In this document: piece after piece, positions 55,217 through 62,175 of the stretch
How positions within the stretch are numbered: position 1 is the first letter of the stretch
Layout of the letters: each line of letters begins with the position of its first letter
The notes under the pieces: generated by a model
Databases searched by the model: none
Told to the model about the DNA's origin: nothing
The model's input: only the letters and a program-made list of their open reading frames with translations
Assembly: GCA_018821245.1 (NCBI GenBank)
Contig: JAHJMO010000012.1
Span: 1 to 62,175, forward strand
From: Patescibacteria group bacterium
GTDB lineage: Bacteria; Patescibacteriota; Microgenomatia; UBA10105; UBA927
Direction of reading: 5' to 3'
Length of the DNA stretch: 62,175 nt
Position numbers and translations under genes: made by a program

Positions 55217-55462
55217 TTAAGAAGGAGCTACGACGACTTTTTTTCGAAGATCGAATTTTGCCCTCTTGATACACTTCGTGCACGCCCGGACACGCCGCAG
55301 GACTCCCTCTGCTGATATCGTCACCGCGTGAAGATTGGGCTTAAATGTACGCAGAGTCACCGGAGCACGCCTTTTCCACTGACCTCCTGCTACTCCAGAG
55401 TGATGGGTGTGCTGCCTCCCGCTCCTTGTTTTTTTATCGCAAAGCTCACAACGATATGCCAT
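55217..55462 (-). CDS. rpmB: Ribosomal protein L28
   Basis: MAYRCELCDKKTRSGRQHTHH...RTFKPNLH (ATG at 55462). Confidence 0.85.
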   Translation of the reverse strand: MAYRCELCDKKTRSGRQHTHHSGVAGGQWKRRAPVTLRTFKPNLHAVTISAEGVLRRVRACTKCIKRAKFDLRKKVVVAPS

Positions 55463-55498
55463 AAACAAAAATGCTAAATGAATAAACTGCCCTCTATT

Positions 55499-55527
55499 TG
55501 GCATTTGTCATTTATCATTTGGCATTG
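55499..55527. repeat. Word repeat upstream of rpmB
   Basis: tggcatttgtcatttatcatttggcattg. Same word as 51667-51697. Confidence 0.8.
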
Positions 55528-55546
55528 ATGTTCTATACTATACCAT

Positions 55547-56218
55547 ATGATTGCTCTTCTGTTCAATATTATCGCTTTCATTATCGCGATCACCGTACAC
55601 GAATTTGCCCATGCATATGTTTCTGACAGATTAGGTGATCCAACGGCACGACTCATGGGGAGGCTAACGCTCAACCCCAAACATCACATCGATACATTGG
55701 GCACGATTATTATTCCACTATTTCTGGCTTTATCAGGGTCAAACTTCATCATAGGCTGGGCCAAACCTGTTCCTTTTGACCCGTATAACCTACGGAACCC
55801 CCGTCGCGATTCGGCACTCATTTCCCTTGCAGGTCCGGCAAGCAACCTCATCGTGGCATTCGCTTGCTCACTGGTTCTGCAGGCTATATTCCACTTTCGA
55901 TTGCCAGTGGTCTCACAATCGTTTTTGGGGTTGACGACCTACGTACTGTCCCTGCTCCTCAATCCTGTCATCATCATAAACGTCGTTCTGGCAATTTTTA
56001 ACTTAATCCCAATCCACCCTTTAGACGGATTCAAAATCGTGGGTGGAATATTACCGCACGAATACGCGAAGCAGTGGTATGAACTGGAGCGTTACGGCAT
56101 GATCTTCCTGATCTTTATGATCTTTCCACTCTTCGGGACATCACCCATCAACAATCTTATCTCTCCTGTTATCAATGCGCTTTTGAACATCCTGCTGCCG
56201 GCCGTACCGTTTATTTAG
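55547..56218 (+). CDS. M50-family (site-2 protease-like) zinc metalloprotease
   Basis: HEFAHAY and NLIPIHPLDG motifs. Polytopic. Confidence 0.8.
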   Translation: MIALLFNIIAFIIAITVHEFAHAYVSDRLGDPTARLMGRLTLNPKHHIDTLGTIIIPLFLALSGSNFIIGWAKPVPFDPYNLRNPRRDSALISLAGPASNLIVAFACSLVLQAIFHFRLPVVSQSFLGLTTYVLSLLLNPVIIINVVLAIFNLIPIHPLDGFKIVGGILPHEYAKQWYELERYGMIFLIFMIFPLFGTSPINNLISPVINALLNILLPAVPFI

Positions 56219-56516
56219 AATCCGGCAGACGCTTGACAACCGACAAAAAGTATTTTAGGCTTATTATGCCCGTGTGGAATTGAAGACTATTTTCCTCCAC
56301 AGAATCTTAACATTATGAGGTATCTCCCGAGATTTCGGGGGAAACAGGATCAGGTTCAGATGACTCGTGGGTCAGCTGACCATCCATCCGATTGATAGAA
56401 ATCGGGGAAAATACTTCAATCCGCCGGGCGAAATGATTTTTTTGTCTTCCTATTGAGGACTTCGTCGGTTTCCTATTCTCCGAAGCTTTTGATACAATTG
56501 CAATAATTGTTCTTTT

Positions 56517-56587
56517 GCCTCCCTAGCTCAATGGCAGAGCGACGGTTTTGTAAACCGCTGACAACAGTTCGATTCTGTTGGGAGGCT
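56517..56587 (+). tRNA. tRNA-Thr (anticodon TGT)
   Basis: Acceptor GCCTCCC/GGGAGGC, anticodon loop TTTGTAA, T arm AACAG-TTCGATT-CTGTT. Confidence 0.85.
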
Positions 56588-56596
56588 CCGAAGCTA

Positions 56597-56923
56597 TTAT
56601 TCTTTCCTTCTCTCAAGCACAAACCGCGTAAACGGTGTATCTTTCAAAAACGTCTCCACCAGCGATACCGGCGCGCCCTCTTCTATCTCATACGTCACTC
56701 TACTGCCTTGCTTGACCCGTTTCGCCCATCCTGCGATAGTCATCTTTTTGAGATGATGCACGATAAGGCTTGCCGACAAATCAAGCTGAATAGATAAATC
56801 CCTTACTTCCTGCGGGTCATGCGCCAAAAAATATAAGATCGCCAACCGATGGGGGTGCGCAACCGCGCGAAGTCTTTGAGCAAAAAGCGAGGATTTATCC
56901 CGAAGGCGTTTTCCGATAAGCAT
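56597..56923 (-). CDS. ArsR-family transcriptional regulator
   Basis: AVAHPHRLAILYFLAHDPQEVRDLS... (winged HTH). Confidence 0.75.
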   Translation of the reverse strand: MLIGKRLRDKSSLFAQRLRAVAHPHRLAILYFLAHDPQEVRDLSIQLDLSASLIVHHLKKMTIAGWAKRVKQGSRVTYEIEEGAPVSLVETFLKDTPFTRFVLERRKE

Positions 56924-56945
56924 GAGACTATTGTATCATGCGATT

Positions 56946-57033
56946 TGGTGCCGAGGCCAGGATTTGCACCTGGGTAGGCCTGTCGGCCGTCAGTTTTACA
57001 GACTGATGCATTTGACTACTCTGCCACCTCGGC
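56946..57033 (-). tRNA. tRNA-Tyr (anticodon GTA), long variable arm, encoded CCA
   Basis: Acceptor GCCGAGG/CCTCGGC, anticodon loop CTGTAAA, variable arm CGGCCGACAGGCC, 3' ACCA. Confidence 0.85.
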
Positions 57034-57160
57034 TTGTTGCTACCATTCCCTACCGCTATCCCCCATTATAACGAAAAACCGCAAGCAAAACCAACATTAA
57101 GAAAAACATAAATATTGCCTCTTGCATAATCAAAAAAAAATGTTTATATTAATAATTGTT

Positions 57161-57673
57161 ATGGAAAACGAAGCGCAACAGCAAAATGCAGGAACAGATA
57201 AAACCATGTCTTATGTAATTGGCGGTGTGGTATTGCTAGCCATTGTGGGAGGAGCATATTTCTTCAGACAGAAGCCGGCACCAGCCAATCCAGCTCCTCA
57301 AACCATAACAGTTGTTGCCACTCCCACACCTACACTCGGGCCTATCACGGGACTGGCGTGCGACACACAGTATTACAACCCGGTAATTGGATTCAATAAG
57401 TATTACCTGTCTGTAGAAGGTGGAGATGTTTCGACGGCAAAAACCGTAGACTGCGTTTTTGCTGCGCGCATAGGCGACAATGTCATTGCTACAGCCAGTA
57501 TCTCAAGTCCATTAACCAATCAACCACAACGAGGGGGCTCAACATTCAGATGCACAACAGAAGCACTACCCATGGAGCCCAATATGCCGACAACCGTGGA
57601 CGTAGTCCTGACAGATGACCTGAAAGCAAGCTCGAGCTGCAGTGCCACATTCGTGTTTACCCCGCAGATCTAA
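57161..57673 (+). CDS. Hypothetical membrane-anchored or secreted protein
   Basis: The ATG lies 10 nt after TTGCAT-17-TATATT (57122-57150). One TM segment (VIGGVVLLAIVGGAYFF). Confidence 0.45.
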   Translation: MENEAQQQNAGTDKTMSYVIGGVVLLAIVGGAYFFRQKPAPANPAPQTITVVATPTPTLGPITGLACDTQYYNPVIGFNKYYLSVEGGDVSTAKTVDCVFAARIGDNVIATASISSPLTNQPQRGGSTFRCTTEALPMEPNMPTTVDVVLTDDLKASSSCSATFVFTPQI

Positions 57674-57815
57674 AAGACTGATCTCTGGCTGATCTTATCC
57701 TCAACAGTCAACAATGCTGCTTTTGTAATCTATTTATTTTTATCCTGATGAACAGGGCTTGATGTGCGGGGTAAATTCCATGGTACAATACGAGTAATAT
57801 ACCGCGTAACAAAGT

Positions 57816-57887
57816 GCCCGGATGGCTCAGTGGTAGAGCGACTTCTTGGTAAGAAGTAGGTCGCGAGTCCGATTCTCGCTCCGGGCT
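57816..57887 (+). tRNA. tRNA-Thr (anticodon GGT)
   Basis: Acceptor GCCCGGA/TCCGGGC, anticodon loop TTGGTAA, T arm GCGAG-TCCGATT-CTCGC. Confidence 0.85.
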
Positions 57888-57922
57888 CAAAAAGTTTTAT
57901 ATAAGCATTTCTTACCATAACC

Positions 57923-57954
57923 ATCGTATTAACATGTTAACATGTTAATACGAT
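57923..57954. repeat. 32-bp perfect palindrome
   Basis: atcgtattaacatgttaacatgttaatacgat equals its own reverse complement. Confidence 0.9.
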
Positions 57955-58018
57955 ATTCATCGAAACAATCCAATTTGGCCTCTTGACAGCAACGCAAAAT
58001 CTTCTTTAGTAAGTACAT

Positions 58019-58405
58019 ATGCTGAATTCCCCTAACAAAAACGAAGACGATATGTATGGTCAGGAGCTGATCCTGAATTTATACGATTGTGATCTACAGA
58101 AGATTTCCTCGGGAGCGGAAATCAAAAAATTTGTCGTTACTCTCTGCGATACCGTCATAAAGATGAAACGCTACGGCAAGGCTCTTATCCCGCATTTTGG
58201 ACATGATCATCCTCTCGCCTCCGGCTATTCTCTCGTTCAGCTTATCGAAACAAGCTCGGTAACGGCGCATTTTTCCGAACACAAGCGAAGCGTCTACCTC
58301 AATGTCTTTTCCTGCGCATGGTTTGACCCGAAAAAAACCTCTGCGTTTTGCAAAAAATTCTTCGGCGCCAAGCGCGTGGAATCGCACTTCATGAAAAGAG
58401 AGTAA
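58019..58405 (+). CDS. speD: S-adenosylmethionine decarboxylase proenzyme (small bacterial/archaeal type)
   Basis: YGQELILNLYDCD and the self-cleavage context LIETSSVTAHFSEH. Confidence 0.75.
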   Translation: MLNSPNKNEDDMYGQELILNLYDCDLQKISSGAEIKKFVVTLCDTVIKMKRYGKALIPHFGHDHPLASGYSLVQLIETSSVTAHFSEHKRSVYLNVFSCAWFDPKKTSAFCKKFFGAKRVESHFMKRE

Positions 58406-58429
58406 ACAAACATCTAGCTTCTCACGTTT

Positions 58430-59293
58430 TTACCGCGACAATTCTACCGCTGCCCAAACCATGACGGCGGTGACACCGAAACGTACAGCGTAAACTTTTA
58501 ATGGATGCTTTTCTAATAACTCCGGCGCAACCAGCGAAAAGATAAACGCAAAAACCATCGGAAGCGGCAGTGAGATGATCGCGGTAGTGATGGAAACATT
58601 TACGGCATTCGCTTTAATTGTAGCAAGCCAGGCGATAGTCGAAAAAACTGCTGTAACTATGACGCCGGAATATTTTTGTGGTTTAAGTTTTTTAATATCA
58701 CGCCAGAAAAGCGGAACCGTAAATAAAAGAAAAAATTGCGATAATACCGCACTCCAAAGCGACACTTCCCAATAACCGTCGGTGATTTGGACATACTTAA
58801 AGGCCGCGGCTAAAATCGCGGAAATGACGATGGAGATGATTGCGAGCGCTATGTTTTTGGAAAAAAATGTCCGCCAATTAAACCGCTCATCCAGACTTAC
58901 GAATATCCCGGCTACAATGATCACAAAAGCATAAATCCACTGCGTGGTATTTAATTTTTCTCCTAAAAAAACAATTCCAAGAAAAATAGCGACTACAGTC
59001 TTCAGGTTATAAAGAGGAGCCAGCACCGAGACGTCCAGCGCATACATAGCCAGCACATACAGAACTCCGTTGAGCGCGCCAACGATAGCCACCGCAATCA
59101 TATTCTGCCAGCTGTTGGGAAATCCTACACCTTGAGATAGAGCCAGCGGAATGATGATTAAGGTTCCGATAAACGACCAAACAAAGGTTAGCAGCCACGG
59201 ATTGGTAATCTGGTGTTTGCTGGTCAGTTTGCTGATGATACCGGAAAAACCATAAAAAATGACTGCGATCCAAGCATAAACGTAAAACGGCAT
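58430..59293 (-). CDS. EamA/DMT-family transporter
   Basis: 10 TM segments in two EamA-like halves. ATG at 59293; the ORF track extends to a GTG at 59311. Confidence 0.75.
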   Translation of the reverse strand: MPFYVYAWIAVIFYGFSGIISKLTSKHQITNPWLLTFVWSFIGTLIIIPLALSQGVGFPNSWQNMIAVAIVGALNGVLYVLAMYALDVSVLAPLYNLKTVVAIFLGIVFLGEKLNTTQWIYAFVIIVAGIFVSLDERFNWRTFFSKNIALAIISIVISAILAAAFKYVQITDGYWEVSLWSAVLSQFFLLFTVPLFWRDIKKLKPQKYSGVIVTAVFSTIAWLATIKANAVNVSITTAIISLPLPMVFAFIFSLVAPELLEKHPLKVYAVRFGVTAVMVWAAVELSR

Positions 59294-59339
59294 AAAAGCA
59301 TTATACCGCACCAGGCACTTTTTGAGTTATGATAGAAAC

Positions 59340-60224
59340 ATGAATTTGCTCACGCTTTTGGCTGGAATTGTTTTTGCTGTAGAAGCAACTGTGCTTTCAC
59401 CGCTGGCTTCCGACTGGCAACCCCTGGAACAAATAGTGAATTTACCAACTACTACTTTTGGACAAATTACTTCGCTTTTACCGGAACCCGAAGTATTGGG
59501 AGAGCAAACTTCCTTGTCAAATAACGCAGCACCTACTCCCACATCTAAACCCGTCAGGACAACCAGACAAAAAAGCTACACGATCGCTCTTTTGGGCGAC
59601 TCGATGATCGACACGTTAGGAAAGGACGCGGCCAATTTAGCAGGCAGGCTAAACAGTGTCTATCCCAGAACCGATTTCACTATACAGAATTATGGTGTCG
59701 GAGGCACGAACATAGATTATGGACTGGCGCGCGTCACCGGCGACTATGATTATGTAGACTCCCATATCCCTGCACTTGCTTCACAAAGCCCCGATGTTGT
59801 TGTTATTGAATCGTTTGGCTACAATCCGTTTGTACAATCCGACGACTATCTTACCCGCCACTGGCTGGCGCTCGCTCACGTCATCGACGCTTTACGTTTA
59901 CACATTCCGGGTGTCAAGCTGGTTATCGCAGCAACGATTGCACCCAATGCAGAGGTTTTTGGCGATGGCGTACTCAATTGGACTAGTGAGCAAAAGCACC
60001 AAAAAGTCGCAACAATCAAAGAATATTTAAAAAACGCAGTTAAATTTGCCCGTAGTCAAAAACTACCATTGGCAGACGCATATCATGCAAGTCTGGGTAG
60101 TAACGGCAATGGAAAATTAATGTATATCAACCCCGGCGATCATATCCACTATTCCGAAGCAGGAATGGCCTTGATGGCACAAAAGATTGCGGAAACAATC
60201 GCAGCCAATCGACTGCTTGAATAG
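59340..60224 (+). CDS. SGNH/GDSL-family hydrolase
   Basis: Block I IALLGDSMIDTLG, block III GGTN, block V DHIHYS. Confidence 0.7.
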   Translation: MNLLTLLAGIVFAVEATVLSPLASDWQPLEQIVNLPTTTFGQITSLLPEPEVLGEQTSLSNNAAPTPTSKPVRTTRQKSYTIALLGDSMIDTLGKDAANLAGRLNSVYPRTDFTIQNYGVGGTNIDYGLARVTGDYDYVDSHIPALASQSPDVVVIESFGYNPFVQSDDYLTRHWLALAHVIDALRLHIPGVKLVIAATIAPNAEVFGDGVLNWTSEQKHQKVATIKEYLKNAVKFARSQKLPLADAYHASLGSNGNGKLMYINPGDHIHYSEAGMALMAQKIAETIAANRLLE

Positions 60225-60298
60225 CCTCTTGGCGGAGCCGGTTAGATAAGATATAATCTCAATATTCAAGTGAAGCTTAGTAGCTTAGTAAATATACT

Positions 60299-60472
60299 AT
60301 GGCAAAAAAAGAACAACGATTACTGCTTGCGCTCGTATGCACGGTTTGTAAGCGCCAAAATTACATTACGAGCCGCAATAAAATAAATACCGAAGAGAAG
60401 CTGAAGCTGCGCAAGTATTGCCGCCTTTGCAAAAAACACACCGAACACAAGGAGTCAAGCAAACTGGACTAG
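60299..60472 (+). CDS. rpmG: Ribosomal protein L33 (57 aa; not in the ORF track)
   Basis: Hand translation: MAKKEQRLLLALVCTVCKRQNYITSRNKINTEEKLKLRKYCRLCKKHTEHKESSKLD. Confidence 0.85.
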   Translation: MAKKEQRLLLALVCTVCKRQNYITSRNKINTEEKLKLRKYCRLCKKHTEHKESSKLD

Positions 60473-60474
60473 TC

Positions 60475-60978
60475 ATGCACCGCAATACCTATCTTCTCGT
60501 TTTACTTTTGGCTGTAGTGGCTGCTTTAGTCGTCGGAGTTAACCTGGGCCGCAACTATTCCAATCAATTAACAATTAACAATCAGCAATCAACAAGCCAA
60601 CCAACGATCTCTCCCCGACCACCTAAGCTTTTGGAGTATAGCAATCAGTATTGCGGAATTTCTCTAACATATCCGGATTCTCTGCAAAAATTGGAAGCCA
60701 CAGCGGGAGCGATATTTACTGACACAGTTAACGCTACAGAATCGGTGGCTTTAGTGTGTCAAAAAAACATTCCGCGGCCGTCATTGCCAGCTGACCAGAT
60801 TGAGACCGTACAAATCGGCTCCGTCGCCGCTAAACTTTATCATGATTCTGACCCCAAAGATGGAACTCCAATAGAAGAATTTGTTTTTTCTCATCCCACT
60901 ATTCACCTAGACATTTTTCTCGCAGGTTTCGGCGAAACATTTAATGCGATCATCAAATCAATCCAAATTCTTCCGTAA
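60475..60978 (+). CDS. Hypothetical membrane-anchored protein
   Basis: The ATG at 60475 lies 2 nt after the rpmG stop. One TM segment, then a word-repeat-encoded segment (60561-60597, NQLTINNQQSTSQ). Confidence 0.45.
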   Translation: MHRNTYLLVLLLAVVAALVVGVNLGRNYSNQLTINNQQSTSQPTISPRPPKLLEYSNQYCGISLTYPDSLQKLEATAGAIFTDTVNATESVALVCQKNIPRPSLPADQIETVQIGSVAAKLYHDSDPKDGTPIEEFVFSHPTIHLDIFLAGFGETFNAIIKSIQILP

Positions 60979-61061
60979 AATCCTACTTTGAAAATCATAG
61001 CTAAATCTAAAACCAATGCTTTGAGAAACTTAGGTGCGACTATAACGGTTTATGCCAAAAC

Positions 61062-61730
61062 TTAGCTCAGATGGAAATGGGTTTTTAAAAAAATATCATC
61101 TTCAACCTTTTCTACTAACAAATATTTTACTGTAAAAGCTACTCCATATAATTCACGTAAAAATTCCACCTCATCAAAGCAAGCATACGGCGAAATATAC
61201 ACGCTCTCTTGTAATGGATATAGCTCTAGCTGACATAGTCTTTTACGAAATAAGTCTCTGACTTTTTTGTATTTATTAGGAATATCAAAAATTACTAACC
61301 TCCACTTTTTGTCCCACCTTTCCGATGGTTTTAATCTCATCATATCTAATTTGTAAGTTATGGCTTTAATCATCCCTTTTTTGAGAATCTTAACCGTCAC
61401 TGTACCATCAATATTTTTTTTAACTTTAACAAAATGCTGTTTATTGAGCTGTCTGAATAACTGTTTCATCTGCCAATCCAACGGTGATTCCAAATTAATC
61501 CCCGGATGCATGAACTCAATTCCCCTTTTCTCGGATTCAAACAAAAAAATTAATCCGTCGGCACCTGCTTTGGCTAGTTTAAAAAGTGTTTGTTTGACAG
61601 ATGGAAAATATCTACCAGAGGTAACCTCAGAAGGATTATTTACAAAAAGAGATACTGCCTTTTCCCATTGAATATTGGCATAAGGACCAGATGAAGATTT
61701 CGGCCTTACTGAGTAGCGATTTTTAACCAT
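61062..61730 (-). CDS. PaaX-C-terminal-like / Cas2-fold-like protein (paralogue C, divergent)
   Basis: WDKKWRLVIFDIPNKYKKVRDLFRKRLCQLELYPLQESVYISP. Confidence 0.5.
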   Translation of the reverse strand: MVKNRYSVRPKSSSGPYANIQWEKAVSLFVNNPSEVTSGRYFPSVKQTLFKLAKAGADGLIFLFESEKRGIEFMHPGINLESPLDWQMKQLFRQLNKQHFVKVKKNIDGTVTVKILKKGMIKAITYKLDMMRLKPSERWDKKWRLVIFDIPNKYKKVRDLFRKRLCQLELYPLQESVYISPYACFDEVEFLRELYGVAFTVKYLLVEKVEDDIFLKTHFHLS

Positions 61731-61976
61731 AAGTCTACTTGACTACCAATATAGTTTACTTATTCATTAAAATCAAGCTCGAGCTGAAATTTAATGAATG
61801 ACTGGATAATAATAACAATTGGACTACAAGACGATAATTACTTGGTAGGCATTGAAGCTCCGGGAGCTGACCGCGTCCGTCCGTAGCCTTATGCAGAGGA
61901 GGAAAGCCCTCGCCTACCTGCCGTCGGGACAGGATTTTCGCTTTCTTGGAAGAGAACTGCTAAAATAGGCATAAGT

Positions 61977-62047
61977 AGGGCCATAGTTCAATGGTAGAAT
62001 AAAGGTCTCCAAAACCTTTGACGGAGGTTCGACTCCTCCTGGCCCTG
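61977..62047 (+). tRNA. tRNA-Trp (anticodon CCA)
   Basis: Acceptor AGGGCCA/TGGCCCT, anticodon loop CTCCAAA, T arm GGAGG-TTCGACT-CCTCC. Confidence 0.9.
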
Positions 62048-62057
62048 CTCTTGCGGG

Positions 62058-62175
62058 AGTAGCGTATCAAAAACGGTTGATACGGGTTAAAATAAGGGCG
62101 GCAGATCGACTTCTGGTTTTTTGGTGAGTTCTACCCCACTTTTTCCATTGACTGATCGAAACTTCCCTTTGCAGT
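62058..62175. repeat. Right arm of the perfect 118-bp inverted repeat (partner 24-141)
   Basis: See the left arm. Starts 10 nt after tRNA-Trp and runs to the last base of the window. Confidence 0.9.

Noticed and set aside
56219-56516. ~300-nt non-coding gap before tRNA-Thr(TGT), with a TTGACA at 56233 and hairpins (gtgga...tccac, ctcccgagatttcggggg); considered as tmRNA, 6S or a riboswitch
   Set aside because: There is no tRNA-like 3' end or tag-peptide frame, no good -10 at a proper spacing, and no motif matching a riboswitch class I can recall. It may simply be the tRNA promoter and leader.
61790-61976. Possible RNase P or SRP RNA upstream of tRNA-Trp, because of GAGGAGGAAAGCCC and a ggtaggc...gcctacc closing stem
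   Set aside because: The region is too short for RNase P RNA (under 250 nt available). It lacks the GGUCCGGAAGGAAGCAGC-type SRP domain IV motif on either strand. It is left as an unassigned structured spacer, and an Rfam scan would settle the question.

Overview
This 62,175-nt window looks like a fragment of a small-genome, CPR/Patescibacteria-type bacterium. That placement is an inference from four things: a stand-alone 16S rRNA with helix expansions, a nucleotide-salvage gene block, PaaX/Cas2-fold-like paralogues, and very abundant low-complexity 'word' repeats. The genetic code is standard; TGA is used as a stop, for example in glmS.

Left part (1-27.5 kb): a dNTP salvage/thymidylate block (tdk, tmk, HAD, deoxynucleoside kinase, ThyA-like fusion, dcd, Nudix), glmS, a DEDD exonuclease and a hexokinase-like gene. 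It also holds a tRNA-Ile/tRNA-Cys 'scar' region with a truncated GIY-YIG gene and a broken tRNA-Cys copy, a YfhO-like membrane protein, and one 16S rRNA gene on the minus strand with no 23S or 5S beside it. The remaining genes are trmH-like, uppP, PAP2, topA, dprA, a GT4 glycosyltransferase, mrdA (PBP2) and mreB.

Middle part (27.5-50.9 kb): accessory and mosaic. A roughly 0.9-1 kb segmental duplication brackets a dprA2-comM-yraN cassette. Next come blocks of orphan genes with visibly higher G+C, interleaved with three toxin-antitoxin modules (RelB/RelE, MNT/HEPN, AbiEii-type). The orphan blocks are a tightly coupled four-gene operon behind a consensus promoter, a 760-aa internally repeated protein with a 309-aa partner, and an 84-aa plus 507-aa membrane pair. 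I consider these blocks the best candidate for an undescribed system, but I cannot assign a function from sequence alone.

Right part (50.9-62.2 kb): an O-antigen-ligase-like/TPR protein, def, fmt, rpmB, an M50 protease, tRNA-Thr x2, tRNA-Tyr, ArsR, speD, EamA, an SGNH hydrolase, rpmG, a third PaaX-like gene and tRNA-Trp.

Three features cut across the whole window. Short word-repeat/GC-hairpin elements sit in frame inside essential genes (PBP2, TopA, Fmt, GlmS, TrmH) as well as in intergenic DNA. A NotI-centred palindrome family has four copies. The two window ends are a perfect 118-bp inverted repeat. I saw no integrase, transposase, CRISPR array or phage structural gene.
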